In this document: positions 1-11,056 of the stretch, one piece after another
Layout of the letters: each line of letters opens with the position of its first letter
How positions within the stretch are numbered: the first letter of the stretch is position 1
NCBI GenBank assembly: GCA_009886265.1
Contig: QXZR01000099.1
Location: 1-45,876, forward strand
Direction: 5' to 3'
Length of the DNA stretch: 45,876 nucleotides
DNA from: Flavobacteriaceae bacterium
Lineage (GTDB): Bacteria > Bacteroidota > Bacteroidia > Flavobacteriales > Flavobacteriaceae
The notes under the pieces: model-generated
Told to the model about the DNA's origin: nothing
What the model saw: only the letters and a program-made list of their open reading frames with translations
Databases searched by the model: none
Program-made: the position numbers and the translations under genes

Positions 1-357
1 ATTGCCAATATCGTGGGCTAGCGATGCAGCAGCTACTATGGCGCCAAAGTCGTTGATGGTATAGCCGTGTGTGGTACTTAGCTCAGGATATTTTTCCAAT
101 AAACGTTGTCCGACCATACGCCCCAAGCTCCGCCCAACAACTGAAACTTCAAGCGAATGCGTAAGGCGTGTATGCACAAAATCGGTTTTGGAGAACGGAA
201 TCACTTGTGTTTTGTCTTGCAGGTTTCGAAAGGCTGCAGAGAAGATAATACGGTCATAATCTACCTCAAAACCACTGCGGGTTGGATCTTGCTCTGTGCG
301 TAGTCGTTTTTGCTTATCGCCGTGTCGGCGGAGTGATAAAAGTTGTTCCCATTGCAT
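1..357 (-). CDS. dgt: dGTP triphosphohydrolase-like HD-domain phosphohydrolase, N-terminal part (gene continues past the left edge)
   Basis: Not in the ORF track because it runs off the window. My translation of the minus strand from ATG 357..355 gives MQWEQLLSLRRHGDKQKRLRTEQDPTRSGFEVDYDRIIFSAAFRNLQDKTQVIPFSKTDFVHTRLTHSLEVSVVGRSLG...AASLAHDIGN. The DYDRI, R.L..KTQV, HTRLTHSLEV and HD(I)GN motifs fit the Dgt/HD family. Confidence 0.8.
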   Translation of the reverse strand, partial: MQWEQLLSLRRHGDKQKRLRTEQDPTRSGFEVDYDRIIFSAAFRNLQDKTQVIPFSKTDFVHTRLTHSLEVSVVGRSLGRMVGQRLLEKYPELSTTHGYTINDFGAIVAAASLAHDIGN

Positions 358-498
358 GTGGGAAAGGTATAAAAGACTGGTCTAGGAACAAAAAATAAAT
401 TGCATAACACTAAGATAACGTACAAGGAAAGTTTTAATAACAGGTAGGTAAACATTAGTTCAATTAGCCACTCTTTATTTGCATTGTAAAATAATCAT

Positions 499-3285
499 AT
501 GCTACGCATTAAACACAACATCACGTTAATATTATTAATCGCTATTTCTTTATCTGGGTTATCACAAAACGGTACCGTAGAAGGAGTAGTGCTAGATAAG
601 GAGATGAATGATGATCCCCTACCTTTTGCTAACGTTCTTGTTAAGGGGACTGCAACAGGTACCGTAACAGATTTTGATGGAAAATTTTCATTAAATAACC
701 TAGAGCCTGGAACCTATAGTTTTGTTTTTAGCTTTGTTGGTTACGAAACAATAACGCTTGAAAATATAGTCGTCGAAGCCGATAAGTTTACACAACTTTC
801 GGTGAGCCTAGGCCCAGGGTCCAATGCCTTGGATGAGGTTATTGTACAAGTTGTTACGAGTCGCGAACGCGAAGAAGCATTATTGCTAGACAGAAAAAAA
901 GCAGTTTCCATTAAAGAAAGTATTGGCGCAAGTGAATTGTCCAGGTTAGGCGTTAACGATGCGGCAGCAGCTACTACTAAAATTGCTGGGATTGGAAAAA
1001 CACAAGGTTCAGGAGATGTATATGTTCGAGGCCTAGGTGATCGTTATTTATATACCACACTTAACGGGCTTCCCATTCCTTCAGACGATGTAGACAAGAA
1101 AAACATCAATTTGGATTTGTTTTCTACCCGACTAATAAAAAATGTATCTGTTTCCAAAACAACAACAGCTGCAATTTCAGCAGATCAAGCATCAGGGAAT
1201 ATCAATATTGATTCTAAAGAATTAGGAATTAATGATGTTTTTGACATTTCCATTGGAACTGGAGGCAACGAAAACGTGGCAAAAAAAGATGTATTTTCAA
1301 ACTTTAAGGTATCTCCCAATCAAGGAAATGTGACAAGTGGATTTTATGCTACAAACACGAGTACACGAAAAGCCATCACACAACAAACATGGACTCCAGA
1401 AACTGAAAATACGCCATTGGACAGATCCGCTGCAATAAGCTTTGGTAAAAAAATTGGTGATAAATTAAAGGTCTTGGCAACGCTAGGACAAAGCACCGCA
1501 TATGATTACCGAAATGGTGAGTTTAGACGTTTCAGATCTAACTTTATTGATGATTCTATTCCCGATGCAATCACTTGGAGAAAAACAGTTGCTACAACAG
1601 CACTTCTAGATGTGAATTATAAGATTGATGAAAAAACCACTTTGCGTGGAAACACACTTTTCATCAACAAGGTTTCTGACGAGGTATTTGAAGGTGGACG
1701 TGCAGGAACTGCAACCATTTTTGAAGAAACGGATCCAAGTGAAGGTCTGTTTCAATTTATAAGAGACCAAAATCTTAAAGAAACAACGCTTATTGTTGGC
1801 CAACTGCATGGGAAACATCTTTTCTCAGATACGTTTCGAGTAAACTGGTCAACAGGATATAACAACTTAAATGCAGATGAGCCAAATAGAATTCGTAACG
1901 AGGTAAACTTTAATAAAAACATTGTAGAGCTTGGAAGAACCGGAAATACCCAACAAAGAAAAAGTTTCCAACTAATTGAAGACAACGAATTCAACGGATT
2001 GGCTAATGCACAACTCACCCTTATTGACCAAGACAGCAGAAGCTTAAAACTTGATTTTGGCGGAAATTTCCGTAACAAGACACGTAACTTTATTTCTCAG
2101 TATTTTGGTGTTGGCCCTCGTCGAGGGTTTACCGTAACACCTGCTTCTATTGATGAAATATCTGCAATTTTCAGCCAAGGAAATTTTGATGCAAATCGCT
2201 TAAGTCTAAATGTCGAACCTGCAGATAAATACTATGGAGAGCTGCTTGCCTATGCGGGTTATTTGTCCATGACTTATCAGTCTGGGAATTTAACGCTTGA
2301 AGGAGGACTGCGTTATGACAGCTCACAAATTGACATTTCTTATAATGCCGCGCAAGCCCCCGGTGGACGAACTGGAAACAGAACAAAGGCTTATGATCGT
2401 TTATTTCCGTCTTTTAATGTGAAATATGCAGTGAGTGAAAAACACAGCCTTCGTTTAGCGGGAAGCCTTACACAAACACTTCCAGAATTTAAAGAAATTG
2501 CACCCTTTCAATACGTTTCGCCAACAGGCCTAATTACTTTTGGTAACCCAGATATTATCGCTTCAAAAAACACGAACATAGATCTAAAGTGGGAATACTT
2601 CCTTTCTGATAGTGAGCTGATTTCTTTAACTTCTTTTTACAAAAAAATTGAAGACCCTATAAACACTTCTGTAACCCGTGGTTCTACCGGTTATTTTTCA
2701 TTCTTTAACACAGCCGATAAGGCCACCGTTTATGGATTAGAATTGGAGTCAAGAATTAATTTGATTACTGATGAAGGTCGCCCAAAGCTTCGATTGAACC
2801 TGAATGCAACCCGTATGTGGCACAGTCAGGATTTAAAAGATGTGTACGATGCAAACGGGGCTATTACAGAAACCTTTAAGTATAAAGACCTAACCAAGGT
2901 TGGACTACAAGGGGCTTCGGACTTAATCGTAAATACGTCGCTAAACTATAACACCCTTACAGAAAAACCCATACAATCTACATTGGCATTTAATTATGCT
3001 TCAGAAAAGATTGTGATTTTAGGTGGTCCTGAGGATCAAGCTACTAAAGACGTTGACTACAACGACGCTATTGTAGAGAATGGAATCCCAACAATGGATT
3101 TTATTGTAAAAAAGACGCTAAGCGATCGCTTACAAATTGGCATTACCGCCAAAAACCTTATTAACCCCAATATCTCGCTAACCCAATTGGTTAAAAATCC
3201 TAACACAGGAATTGAAACCAATGAAACCGTACTGAACTACAAAAAAGGCAGACAACTAAGACTTAATTTAAATTACACTTTTTAA
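499..3285 (+). CDS. TonB-dependent receptor with N-terminal carboxypeptidase-regulatory-like domain
   Basis: 928-aa ORF with a signal peptide. GTVEGVVLD...PLPFANVLVKGT..GTVTDFDGKFSL..L.PGTY is the CarbopepD_reg signature. It is followed by a plug-like region (VYVRGLGDRYLYTTLNG) and a long beta-barrel ending in aromatic ...LNLNYTF. Confidence 0.9.
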   Translation: MLRIKHNITLILLIAISLSGLSQNGTVEGVVLDKEMNDDPLPFANVLVKGTATGTVTDFDGKFSLNNLEPGTYSFVFSFVGYETITLENIVVEADKFTQLSVSLGPGSNALDEVIVQVVTSREREEALLLDRKKAVSIKESIGASELSRLGVNDAAAATTKIAGIGKTQGSGDVYVRGLGDRYLYTTLNGLPIPSDDVDKKNINLDLFSTRLIKNVSVSKTTTAAISADQASGNINIDSKELGINDVFDISIGTGGNENVAKKDVFSNFKVSPNQGNVTSGFYATNTSTRKAITQQTWTPETENTPLDRSAAISFGKKIGDKLKVLATLGQSTAYDYRNGEFRRFRSNFIDDSIPDAITWRKTVATTALLDVNYKIDEKTTLRGNTLFINKVSDEVFEGGRAGTATIFEETDPSEGLFQFIRDQNLKETTLIVGQLHGKHLFSDTFRVNWSTGYNNLNADEPNRIRNEVNFNKNIVELGRTGNTQQRKSFQLIEDNEFNGLANAQLTLIDQDSRSLKLDFGGNFRNKTRNFISQYFGVGPRRGFTVTPASIDEISAIFSQGNFDANRLSLNVEPADKYYGELLAYAGYLSMTYQSGNLTLEGGLRYDSSQIDISYNAAQAPGGRTGNRTKAYDRLFPSFNVKYAVSEKHSLRLAGSLTQTLPEFKEIAPFQYVSPTGLITFGNPDIIASKNTNIDLKWEYFLSDSELISLTSFYKKIEDPINTSVTRGSTGYFSFFNTADKATVYGLELESRINLITDEGRPKLRLNLNATRMWHSQDLKDVYDANGAITETFKYKDLTKVGLQGASDLIVNTSLNYNTLTEKPIQSTLAFNYASEKIVILGGPEDQATKDVDYNDAIVENGIPTMDFIVKKTLSDRLQIGITAKNLINPNISLTQLVKNPNTGIETNETVLNYKKGRQLRLNLNYTF

Positions 3286-3286
3286 A

Positions 3287-4315
3287 ATGAAAAATAATTA
3301 CACCATAAATAATCGCTATTTACAACTCTTCTTTTTTATTGCTTTTACATCATTTATAATTTCATGTGATGACAATAATGTCATGGAAGAAACTCCTTCA
3401 ACACCAGTTGAAGAAACGGCCCTAAGTGGTTCACTAACCGAAAATCGTACACTTGTTGCAACGGAACAATACGCTATTCAAGGTTCTTTTTTAATTAAAA
3501 ACGGAGCAACGCTAACCATTCCTGCAGGCACAGTATTGGTGTCTGACGTTGGTACGGGAAACTTCATTGGCGTGGAACAAGGTGGAAAAATTAACGTTCA
3601 AGGTACTTCTAGCAATCCTGTCATTATGCGTTCTGCCAATAGCAACCCAGGTGATTGGGGTGGATTGGTGATTTGTGGAGAAGCTGCTACAACAGAAGGC
3701 GTAGATGCAACTGCTGAGGTAGGTGGCTTAATCTATGGTGGCTCAGACGATGCCGACAACTCTGGTAGCGTAAGATACCTTGTTATTAAGGGTGCCGGGG
3801 CGCAAATCAATTCAGAGTCGCAATACAATGGGTTGTCATTATATGCCGTTGGCTCAGGAACAACCATTGAAAATGTAGCCATTATTGATGGTGCAGATGA
3901 TGGTGTTGAATTTTTTGGCGGAACGGTTTCTGTTACCAATTTATATCTAGAAAACAACGACGATGATGCTGTGGATTGGACAGAAGGTTGGAATGGAACG
4001 GTTACAAACACGTACGTTAAGCACTCTATAGCTGGATTCTCTACGGCAGTTGAAGCAGATGGTGTCAACAACAACCCATCGCTTGTCAACTTTACCGCAG
4101 TCTCAACTGTTGGTGGAACAGGGCTTCAATTCAAAAAGCAGTCAGGTGCTACTTTTACCAATGCAGCTGTTTCGGGTTACACTACAGCTGTTGACATGAA
4201 AGATAACGGCCCTACAACAAATATCATTGTTGAAGGAACTGGCCTGGCATCCGCAACAGAAGATGTTTGGAATGGAACTGCCCTTGACATTTCGTCTTGG
4301 ACTTGGTTTGAATAA
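3287..4315 (+). CDS. Surface lipoprotein, probably beta-helix-like, partner of the TonB-dependent receptor
   Basis: Starts 1 nt after the receptor stop. Has a lipoprotein signal (FTSFIISC|DD). Gly/Asn/Thr-rich repetitive strands (GDWGGLVICGEA, GVEFFGGTVSVTNLYLENNDDDAVDW) suggest a beta-solenoid. The family is recognised only loosely. Confidence 0.6.
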   Translation: MKNNYTINNRYLQLFFFIAFTSFIISCDDNNVMEETPSTPVEETALSGSLTENRTLVATEQYAIQGSFLIKNGATLTIPAGTVLVSDVGTGNFIGVEQGGKINVQGTSSNPVIMRSANSNPGDWGGLVICGEAATTEGVDATAEVGGLIYGGSDDADNSGSVRYLVIKGAGAQINSESQYNGLSLYAVGSGTTIENVAIIDGADDGVEFFGGTVSVTNLYLENNDDDAVDWTEGWNGTVTNTYVKHSIAGFSTAVEADGVNNNPSLVNFTAVSTVGGTGLQFKKQSGATFTNAAVSGYTTAVDMKDNGPTTNIIVEGTGLASATEDVWNGTALDISSWTWFE

Positions 4316-4350
4316 CAAATATCCTTACTTAACAAAAGGTTAAACAAAAA

Positions 4351-4376
4351 GCCTCCATTTACTGGGGGCTTTTTTA
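4351..4376 (+). terminator. Rho-independent terminator after the receptor-lipoprotein pair
   Basis: gcctcca-tttac-tgggggc: 7-bp stem with one G-U pair, followed by tttttt. Confidence 0.7.
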
Positions 4377-4388
4377 TATTATTGCCAA

Positions 4389-6689
4389 ATGGATTTTTAC
4401 CTCATCATCATCATTGCCTTAGCAGTGCTTGCTACCGCTGATCTAGTAGTTGGCGTAAGTAATGATGCAGTAAACTTTCTAAACTCTGCCATTGGGTCCA
4501 AAGCGATAAACTTTAAAACGGTGATGATTATTGCCAGTTTGGGTGTAGCCGCTGGGGCCATCTTCTCTAGTGGACTAATGGAAGTTGCCCGAAAAGGCAT
4601 CTTTAATCCAGAACTGTTTTACTTCGATGAGATCATGGTCATTTTTATGGCGGTGATGCTTACCGATATTCTACTACTCGACTTCTTTAACACCCTTGGA
4701 CTGCCCACCTCAACCACGGTATCCATCGTGTTTGAATTGCTTGGTGCGGCAGTTGCCATATCGCTTGTTAAAATATATTGGGGCAATGCCGATGTATCGC
4801 TGTATGAATTTATCAATGTCAGCAAAGCCTCTCAGATTATTTTTGGCATACTGCTTTCGGTGTTTGTTGCCTTCACCGTTGGTGCAGTGGTGCAATATAT
4901 AAGTAGGCTTATACTCACCTTCCATTTCAAGGACAACCCAAAGTGGATGGGGGCTGTTTTTGGCGGTATTGCCATGACTGCCATCACTTACTTTATTCTT
5001 GCCAAAGGGATTAAAGGCACTCCCTTTGCCGATAATACTTATGCATTTTTGGGAAGCATGTCACTTAAAGAATACGTAGCAACACAATCCAATAATGTCA
5101 TTGGCATAAGCTTGATCCTTTGGACTTCCTTGTCCATGTTGGGAGTATACCTGTTTCGCACAGACATCTATAAGAGTATTATTATTGTAGGTACCTTTTC
5201 GCTTGCCCTAGCTTTTGCTGGAAACGATTTGGTCAATTTTATTGGTGTGCCTATTGCTGCCTGGCAGTCATTTGAAGCTTGGAAAGCCTCTGGGGTTTCT
5301 GCCGAACTCTTTAATATGGCATTCTTGTCGGCAAAAGTCTCAACCCCGACTATATTACTTATCATAGCAGGGATGATCATGGTTGTCACGCTTTGGTTTT
5401 CAACCAAGGCACAAGAAGTATTAAAAACATCTATCGATTTATCTCGTCAAGAACGCACACAAGAACGCTTTGATTCCAATGCTTTTTCAAGAGGTTTGGT
5501 TCGTGCATTTGCTGGTTCAATGCGCAGCATTGAGGCTGTTTCGCCAAATAGGCTAAAAGAAAAAGTAAAGGCGCGTTTCACGCCTCCTAAATCTCAACGC
5601 TACGTTAACCCAGAAGACGCCCCCGCTTTTGATAATGTAAGAGCTTCCATCAACCTGACCGTAGCCGCAGTGCTTATTTCCATCGCTACGTCCTATAAAC
5701 TTCCCCTATCGACTACCTACGTGACTTTTATGGTTGCTATGGGTACTTCTTTAGCAGATCGTGCTTGGGGCGCTGACAGTGCTGTTTACCGCGTTGCCGG
5801 AGTGCTTAATGTAATTGGGGGTTGGTTCTTGACTGCTCTTACGGCCTTTACGGCCTGTGGCATCGTAGCTGTTATCGTCTATACAGGAAAACTCCCTGCC
5901 CTTATTGGTATGTTTATACTTACTGGAGGCGTGCTGTGGAGCAATTTCCGCAAGCATAAGGTCAATGTGGCAGAATCGAAAAGAGAGCGTGACTTAAAAA
6001 TGATTTCAAGCTCATCTGTGCAAAGTCTTATTTTGGAAAGCGCACAGGACGTATCTAAGGTAATTAGCAAGTGTAATGATATTTACCTCGGCTCTATAAA
6101 TGGTTTGGCTAAACTAAACGCTGAAGACCTTCGTACATCTAAAAAAGAAGTAAATCGTCTTGGAAAAGAAATCGACAAACTTCGAAATGAGCTCTTTTAT
6201 TTCATCCAAGAACTTGAAGAAGAAAACGTTAAGGCAAGTCATTTTTACATTAGCCTCATAAGCATCCTTGAAGACATGGCGCAGTCGCTGGAATACATCA
6301 CTAAGGCTTCCTACAAACACGTAAATAACAACCACCGCCAGTTAAAATACTCGCAGATTAAAGAACTTAAAGAAACGCAATCTGATTTGGAAGGCTTGCT
6401 TTCAGATGTGCGCTTTTCATTTGACATCAATGCATTTGAGGCCTTTGCCACTTTTGCAGATAAAAAAGAAGAGCTGTTTGCTAATATCGATGCGAAGATT
6501 AATCAACAAGTGCAGCGTACAAGAAGCAAGGAAGAAAAGAGTCCAAAAAACACCACCCTGTTTTTTAGTCTTATGGTAGAAACCAAAGACCTTATTGTAG
6601 CAACCATTAATTTGATTGAGCACTACCACCTGCATTACGACCCCACTATAGCACCCATAAAATTGGGAGACGAACAAAAAGACAAATAA
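4389..6689 (+). CDS. PiT-family inorganic phosphate transporter with C-terminal PhoU-like helical domain
   Basis: 766 aa. Duplicated PHO4-type motifs (GVSNDAVNFLNSAIGSKA near the N-terminus, FAGNDLVNFIGVPIAA mid-protein) and many TM helices. The last ~230 aa are soluble and helical, resembling PhoU/NptA tails. Confidence 0.8.
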   Translation: MDFYLIIIIALAVLATADLVVGVSNDAVNFLNSAIGSKAINFKTVMIIASLGVAAGAIFSSGLMEVARKGIFNPELFYFDEIMVIFMAVMLTDILLLDFFNTLGLPTSTTVSIVFELLGAAVAISLVKIYWGNADVSLYEFINVSKASQIIFGILLSVFVAFTVGAVVQYISRLILTFHFKDNPKWMGAVFGGIAMTAITYFILAKGIKGTPFADNTYAFLGSMSLKEYVATQSNNVIGISLILWTSLSMLGVYLFRTDIYKSIIIVGTFSLALAFAGNDLVNFIGVPIAAWQSFEAWKASGVSAELFNMAFLSAKVSTPTILLIIAGMIMVVTLWFSTKAQEVLKTSIDLSRQERTQERFDSNAFSRGLVRAFAGSMRSIEAVSPNRLKEKVKARFTPPKSQRYVNPEDAPAFDNVRASINLTVAAVLISIATSYKLPLSTTYVTFMVAMGTSLADRAWGADSAVYRVAGVLNVIGGWFLTALTAFTACGIVAVIVYTGKLPALIGMFILTGGVLWSNFRKHKVNVAESKRERDLKMISSSSVQSLILESAQDVSKVISKCNDIYLGSINGLAKLNAEDLRTSKKEVNRLGKEIDKLRNELFYFIQELEEENVKASHFYISLISILEDMAQSLEYITKASYKHVNNNHRQLKYSQIKELKETQSDLEGLLSDVRFSFDINAFEAFATFADKKEELFANIDAKINQQVQRTRSKEEKSPKNTTLFFSLMVETKDLIVATINLIEHYHLHYDPTIAPIKLGDEQKDK

Positions 6690-6693
6690 AAAA

Positions 6694-6719
6694 AGCGCTC
6701 ATTTCTGAGCGCTTTTTTG
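6694..6719. terminator. Bidirectional terminator shared by the PiT gene and nrdA
   Basis: aaaa-agcgctca-tttc-tgagcgct-tttttt: perfect 8-bp stem flanked by an A-run and a T-run, between convergent stops at 6689 and 6737. Confidence 0.8.
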
Positions 6720-6736
6720 TTGTTTTTCATGGTTTG

Positions 6737-9160
6737 TTATGAGCCACACATAAGGCAGTCATCGTCTTCGCTTTCCTTAGACTTTGCTAACATTTCTTTT
6801 AGCTCAGATGGAGAAAGGGGCTCTACTGCCACAGCAGCCTTGGTTTTTGGCAGAGCAGCACCGGCTGTTGCTGGTACTTCTGCAACTTCCGCTTTTTTGT
6901 TAACCGTAAACTTAATGGCATCAACAGCCGACTTGGTACGCAGGTAATACATCCCTGTTTTTAAGCCAGACTTCCACGCATAGAAGTGCATCGAGGTGAG
7001 TTTGGACATGGTCGCGCCTTCCATAAACAAGTTAAGCGATTGCGACTGATCAATGAAATATCCACGGTGACGTGACATATCAATGATGTCCTTCATGCTC
7101 ATTTCCCAAACGGTTTTGTACAGTTCTCTAATATCAGCTGGAATGGTTTCTATGTGCTGAATAGATCCGTTTGCACGCATCAATTCTTGCTTCATATCCT
7201 CGTCCCAAAGACCTAGGTTAACCAAGTCTTCCAACAAGTGTTTGTTCACCACAATAAACTCACCAGATAACACACGTCTTGTGTAGATATTGGAAGTGTA
7301 CGGCTCAAAACATTCGTTGTTTCCTAAAATTTGAGAGGTAGATGCTGTTGGCATCGGTGCCATCAATAGGGAGTTGCGAACGCCGTGCTTTTTGATTTGC
7401 TTGCGTAAGCCTTCCCAATCCCAACGGCCACTAAGCTCGTCGTCTTTGATGCCCCACATATTGTGTTGGAACTCCCCTTTAGAAATCGGTGATCCCTTAT
7501 ATGTTTTGTAAGGTCCTTCTACTTCTGCCAAATCTTTAGAAGCAGTCAGCGAAGCAAAATAAATGGTTTCAAAAATCTCTTGATTTAAGGTTTGTGCGTC
7601 TTCGCTGGTAAATGGCAAACGAAGTTTGATAAACGTATCCGCAAGACCTTGTACGCCTAAGCCCACTGGACGGTGACGCATATTGGAGTTCTCCGCCTCT
7701 TTAACAGGATAGTAGTTTCGGTCAATTACCTTGTTTAGGTTTTTTGTCACACGAACGGTAACGTCAAAAAGCTCTTGGTGGTCAAATGCGCCATCTTTAA
7801 CAAACATGGGCAGTGCAATAGAAGCCAAGTTACAAACCGCAACCTCATCCTTGGACGTATATTCCATGATCTCAGTACACAAGTTTGACGAACGGATGGT
7901 TCCTAAGTTCTTTTGATTGGACTTGCGATTCGCAGCGTCTTTATAGAGCATATAAGGCGTTCCTGTCTCAATCTGAGATTCTAGGATTTTCTCCCATAGC
8001 TCACGTGCTTTGATGGTCTTACGCCCACGATTTTCCTTTTCATATCTGAGGTACATCTCTTCAAACTCCTCACTGTGGCAATCGTAAAGTCCCGGACATT
8101 CGTTAGGGCACATAAGTGTCCATTCCGTGTTTTCTTCCACACGCTTCATAAACAAATCTGGAATCCACATGGCATAGAACAAATCGCGCGCACGCATTTC
8201 TTCCTTACCGTGGTTTTTCTTTAAGTCTAAAAAGTCAAAGATATCCGCATGCCATGGCTCAACGTAAATGGCAAATGATCCTTTTCGCTTACCACCGCCT
8301 TGGTCTACATAGCGGGCTGTGTCGTTATAAACGCGCAGCATGGGCACTATACCGTTTGAGGTACCGTTGGTGCCTGCGATATAAGATCCTGTCGCACGGA
8401 CGTTGTGAATAGACAAACCTATACCTCCAGCAGACTGTGAGATTTTAGCCGTTTGCTTTAGCGTATCGTAAATCCCATCAATGCTGTCGTCTCTCATGGA
8501 TAACAAAAAGCATGACGACATTTGTGGCTTGGGTGTACCCGAGTTAAACAACGTTGGTGTGGCGTGTGTGAAATACTTTTTGGACATCAAGTGATAGGTC
8601 TCTATCGCAGCATCCAGATCCGTTGGGTGAATACCAACAGAAACACGCATCAACATATGTTGTGGTCGTTCGGCAATGTTACCGTTGATTTTGAGCAGGT
8701 ACGAACGCTCAAGGGTTTTAAACCCAAAGTAATCGTAACCAAAATCACGGTTGTAGATGATGGTGGAATCAAGCAACTCGGCATTGTCTTGAATTACTTG
8801 GTTTACTTCTTCTGAAAGAAGCGGTGATTTTTTTTCTGTACGTGGATTGACATACTCAAAGAGGTCTGCCATGGTTTCAGAAAAAGATTTCTTGGTGTTT
8901 TTGTGGAGGTTAGAAACAGATATCCGTGCGGCGAGTTGGGCATAGTCGGGATGAACGGTTGTCATGGAAGCGGCTGTTTCGGCTGCCAAGCTATCGAGTT
9001 CAGAAGTGGTAACCCCATCATAAAGACCTTCAATAACTTTCATGGCCACCTTTACGGGATCAACAAGTTCGTTAAATCCATAACAGAGTTTACGAACCCG
9101 GGCGGTAATTTTGTCAAACATGATAGGCTCTTTACGCCCATCTCTTTTTACTACATACAT
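6737..9160 (-). CDS. nrdA: Ribonucleoside-diphosphate reductase, alpha subunit (class Ia)
   Basis: 807 aa. N-terminal ATP-cone ([20 protein letters not shown]), catalytic-region motifs ([16 protein letters not shown]) and a C-terminal CLMC redox pair. Confidence 0.95.
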   Translation of the reverse strand: MYVVKRDGRKEPIMFDKITARVRKLCYGFNELVDPVKVAMKVIEGLYDGVTTSELDSLAAETAASMTTVHPDYAQLAARISVSNLHKNTKKSFSETMADLFEYVNPRTEKKSPLLSEEVNQVIQDNAELLDSTIIYNRDFGYDYFGFKTLERSYLLKINGNIAERPQHMLMRVSVGIHPTDLDAAIETYHLMSKKYFTHATPTLFNSGTPKPQMSSCFLLSMRDDSIDGIYDTLKQTAKISQSAGGIGLSIHNVRATGSYIAGTNGTSNGIVPMLRVYNDTARYVDQGGGKRKGSFAIYVEPWHADIFDFLDLKKNHGKEEMRARDLFYAMWIPDLFMKRVEENTEWTLMCPNECPGLYDCHSEEFEEMYLRYEKENRGRKTIKARELWEKILESQIETGTPYMLYKDAANRKSNQKNLGTIRSSNLCTEIMEYTSKDEVAVCNLASIALPMFVKDGAFDHQELFDVTVRVTKNLNKVIDRNYYPVKEAENSNMRHRPVGLGVQGLADTFIKLRLPFTSEDAQTLNQEIFETIYFASLTASKDLAEVEGPYKTYKGSPISKGEFQHNMWGIKDDELSGRWDWEGLRKQIKKHGVRNSLLMAPMPTASTSQILGNNECFEPYTSNIYTRRVLSGEFIVVNKHLLEDLVNLGLWDEDMKQELMRANGSIQHIETIPADIRELYKTVWEMSMKDIIDMSRHRGYFIDQSQSLNLFMEGATMSKLTSMHFYAWKSGLKTGMYYLRTKSAVDAIKFTVNKKAEVAEVPATAGAALPKTKAAVAVEPLSPSELKEMLAKSKESEDDDCLMCGS

Positions 9161-9239
9161 AATGTCGTTTGGTTTTATTGGTTAAACAGCGCCAATACTA
9201 TTGGTGAATATTGATGCTGCACGTATACTTTTGGATAAC

Positions 9240-10223
9240 TTAAAAGTCGTCGCCGAAAGAATACTTTTCTTTTTCTTCTGATTCTTGGTTCATCACACCC
9301 GCTTTTTGGTATTCCGAAACACGCTTTTCAAAGAAATTTGTTTTTCCTTGAAGCGAAATCATATCCATAAAGTCAAATGGGTTGGATACGTTGAACTCTT
9401 TTTCTAAGCCAAGTTCAACAAGCAGACGGTCGGTAACAAATTCCAAATACTGTGTCATCAGTTTGGCGTTCATTCCGATTAGACTTGCTGGTAGTGATTC
9501 CGTGATAAACTCACGCTCAATATTTAAAGCATCAAGAATAATTTCTTTGATACGGGCTGGTGGTACTTTATTCACCAAGTGTTTGTTGTGCAAGTGAACA
9601 GCAAAGTCACAGTGCATCCCTTCGTCACGAGAAATTAATTCATTTGAAAATGTCAATCCTGGCATAAGGCCACGTTTTTTGAGCCAGAAAATGGAGCAGA
9701 AAGCACCCGAGAAAAAGATTCCTTCTACAGCTGCAAAAGCGATAAGACGCTCTGCAAATGAATCTGAATCTATCCAACGTAATGCCCAGTCTGCTTTTTT
9801 CTTGATAGCAGGAAACACCTCAATCGCTTGAAATAAATTATTCTTCTCCGCTTCATCCTTAACGTACGTATCAATCAAAAGGGAATATGTCTCAGAATGG
9901 ATATTCTCCATCATGATTTGGAACCCATAATAAAATTTTGCCTCGCTGTACTGCACTTCGTTTACAAAGTTCTCAGCCAAATTCTCGTTCACAATACCGT
10001 CCGATGCTGCAAAAAATGCCAAGATGTGTTTTATAAAATAACGCTCATCGTCATTTAGCTTAGTAGACCAGTCTGTTAAATCTTGATGTAAATCAATTTC
10101 TTCAGCTGTCCAAAAACATGCTTCTGATTTCTTGTACCATTCCCAAATATCATGGTGTTCAATAGGGAAAATTACAAAGCGATTTTTGTTTTCAGACAAT
10201 ATGGGTTCTATAGCATTTTGCAT
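9240..10223 (-). CDS. nrdB: Ribonucleoside-diphosphate reductase, beta subunit
   Basis: 327 aa. Di-iron/tyrosyl radical motifs ([33 protein letters not shown]) and an acidic C-terminal tail ending ...FGDDF. Confidence 0.95.
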   Translation of the reverse strand: MQNAIEPILSENKNRFVIFPIEHHDIWEWYKKSEACFWTAEEIDLHQDLTDWSTKLNDDERYFIKHILAFFAASDGIVNENLAENFVNEVQYSEAKFYYGFQIMMENIHSETYSLLIDTYVKDEAEKNNLFQAIEVFPAIKKKADWALRWIDSDSFAERLIAFAAVEGIFFSGAFCSIFWLKKRGLMPGLTFSNELISRDEGMHCDFAVHLHNKHLVNKVPPARIKEIILDALNIEREFITESLPASLIGMNAKLMTQYLEFVTDRLLVELGLEKEFNVSNPFDFMDMISLQGKTNFFEKRVSEYQKAGVMNQESEEKEKYSFGDDF

Positions 10224-10428
10224 AATTTTTTATTAAAGGGTTTTTGGGATGAATAATTTCCTTACAAATATTCCAAAAAAAATGACCAAATGAAAGCCAT
10301 ACTTTTCCACAATGCCTTTTAGTTTTTAACAAGAACTAAGGCTTTTCCTACAAAAGCTAGGAAAAAGAGCTGTTCTTAAGGCTTTGATTTTCAGTTACTT
10401 GTAATAGTCTGTATGGTAAGGGCGTAGT

Positions 10429-11010
10429 TTAACAATTTTTGTTGGCATCAAATTCTTGCGCCGCCGCGTGCAAGGCATCATACCACGCCTGCCCAAACTT
10501 TCGCACCAAAGCCGTTTGAACAAATTGATAAAGTGGTTGTTTAAGCGCAGCTCCAAGGGCACAGCCCGGCGCACATATAGCCCATTCGTGGTAATTAACT
10601 GCCACAAATGCGCTGTAGCTTTTCACACGTATGGGATAGAGATGACATGAGATGGGTTTCTGAAGTTTGGTGGCTTGTTGCTTATTGGCCTGCTCAATGC
10701 CGCATTGCGCAACGCCTTTGCTGTCATAAGCAATATATGCACACGCCTTGCCGTCAATCAATGGGGTTTCCCATTCCTCAAATGCATTCTGTGTGGCCAC
10801 GCCTTGTGCCTCAATGGCCGCTATGCCTTCTTTTGTTAGAAAGGGCTTGAGCGTTGTCCAGTGTTCTTTAAGTTGACTTATTTCCTCTGTCTCTAGCGGT
10901 GCGCCTGCTTCGCCCTCCACACAACACGCCCCCTTACACGCTGTTAAATCGCACGTAAATGCCTGCTCGAAAAGCGTTTCCGAAACCAGTGTTTTGCCCA
11001 ATTGAAACAT
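10429..11010 (-). CDS. DUF3109-family Cys-rich protein
   Basis: 193 aa with an N-terminal CDLTACKGACCVEGE motif typical of the Bacteroidota DUF3109 family. Confidence 0.7.
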   Translation of the reverse strand: MFQLGKTLVSETLFEQAFTCDLTACKGACCVEGEAGAPLETEEISQLKEHWTTLKPFLTKEGIAAIEAQGVATQNAFEEWETPLIDGKACAYIAYDSKGVAQCGIEQANKQQATKLQKPISCHLYPIRVKSYSAFVAVNYHEWAICAPGCALGAALKQPLYQFVQTALVRKFGQAWYDALHAAAQEFDANKNC

Positions 11011-11044
11011 GTTGCTAAACTACAATTTTGAAACATAAATAAAG

Positions 11045-11052
11045 TATATTTG
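11045..11052 (+). promoter_or_regulatory. Bacteroidota -7 promoter motif (TAnnTTTG) upstream of the MarC-family gene
   Basis: Exact TATATTTG, 5 nt before ATG 11057. This implies a leaderless or near-leaderless mRNA. Confidence 0.4.
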
Positions 11053-11056
11053 ACAT

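Noticed and set aside
71-455. Track ORFs 71..259 (+) and 261..455 (-).
   Set aside because: Both conflict with the clearly protein-like dGTPase reading frame (1..357, minus) that I translated by hand. Their sequences have no recognisable features.
6717-6947. 76-aa + strand ORF overlapping the nrdA 3' end.
   Set aside because: It is antisense to the Ala/Pro/Val-rich C-terminal linker of NrdA, where GC-rich codons keep the opposite strand open. nrdA is unambiguous.
10224-10428. 205-bp spacer upstream of nrdB containing an 8-bp-stem hairpin (ttttccta-caaaagc-taggaaaa, 10343-10365) flanked by direct TAAGGCTTT repeats (10337, 10376). Considered as an NrdR operator or riboswitch.
   Set aside because: There is no match to the NrdR-box palindrome and no extended conserved-looking structure. 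The stem is short and AU-rich. It is most simply a weak terminator for the upstream DUF3109 gene.
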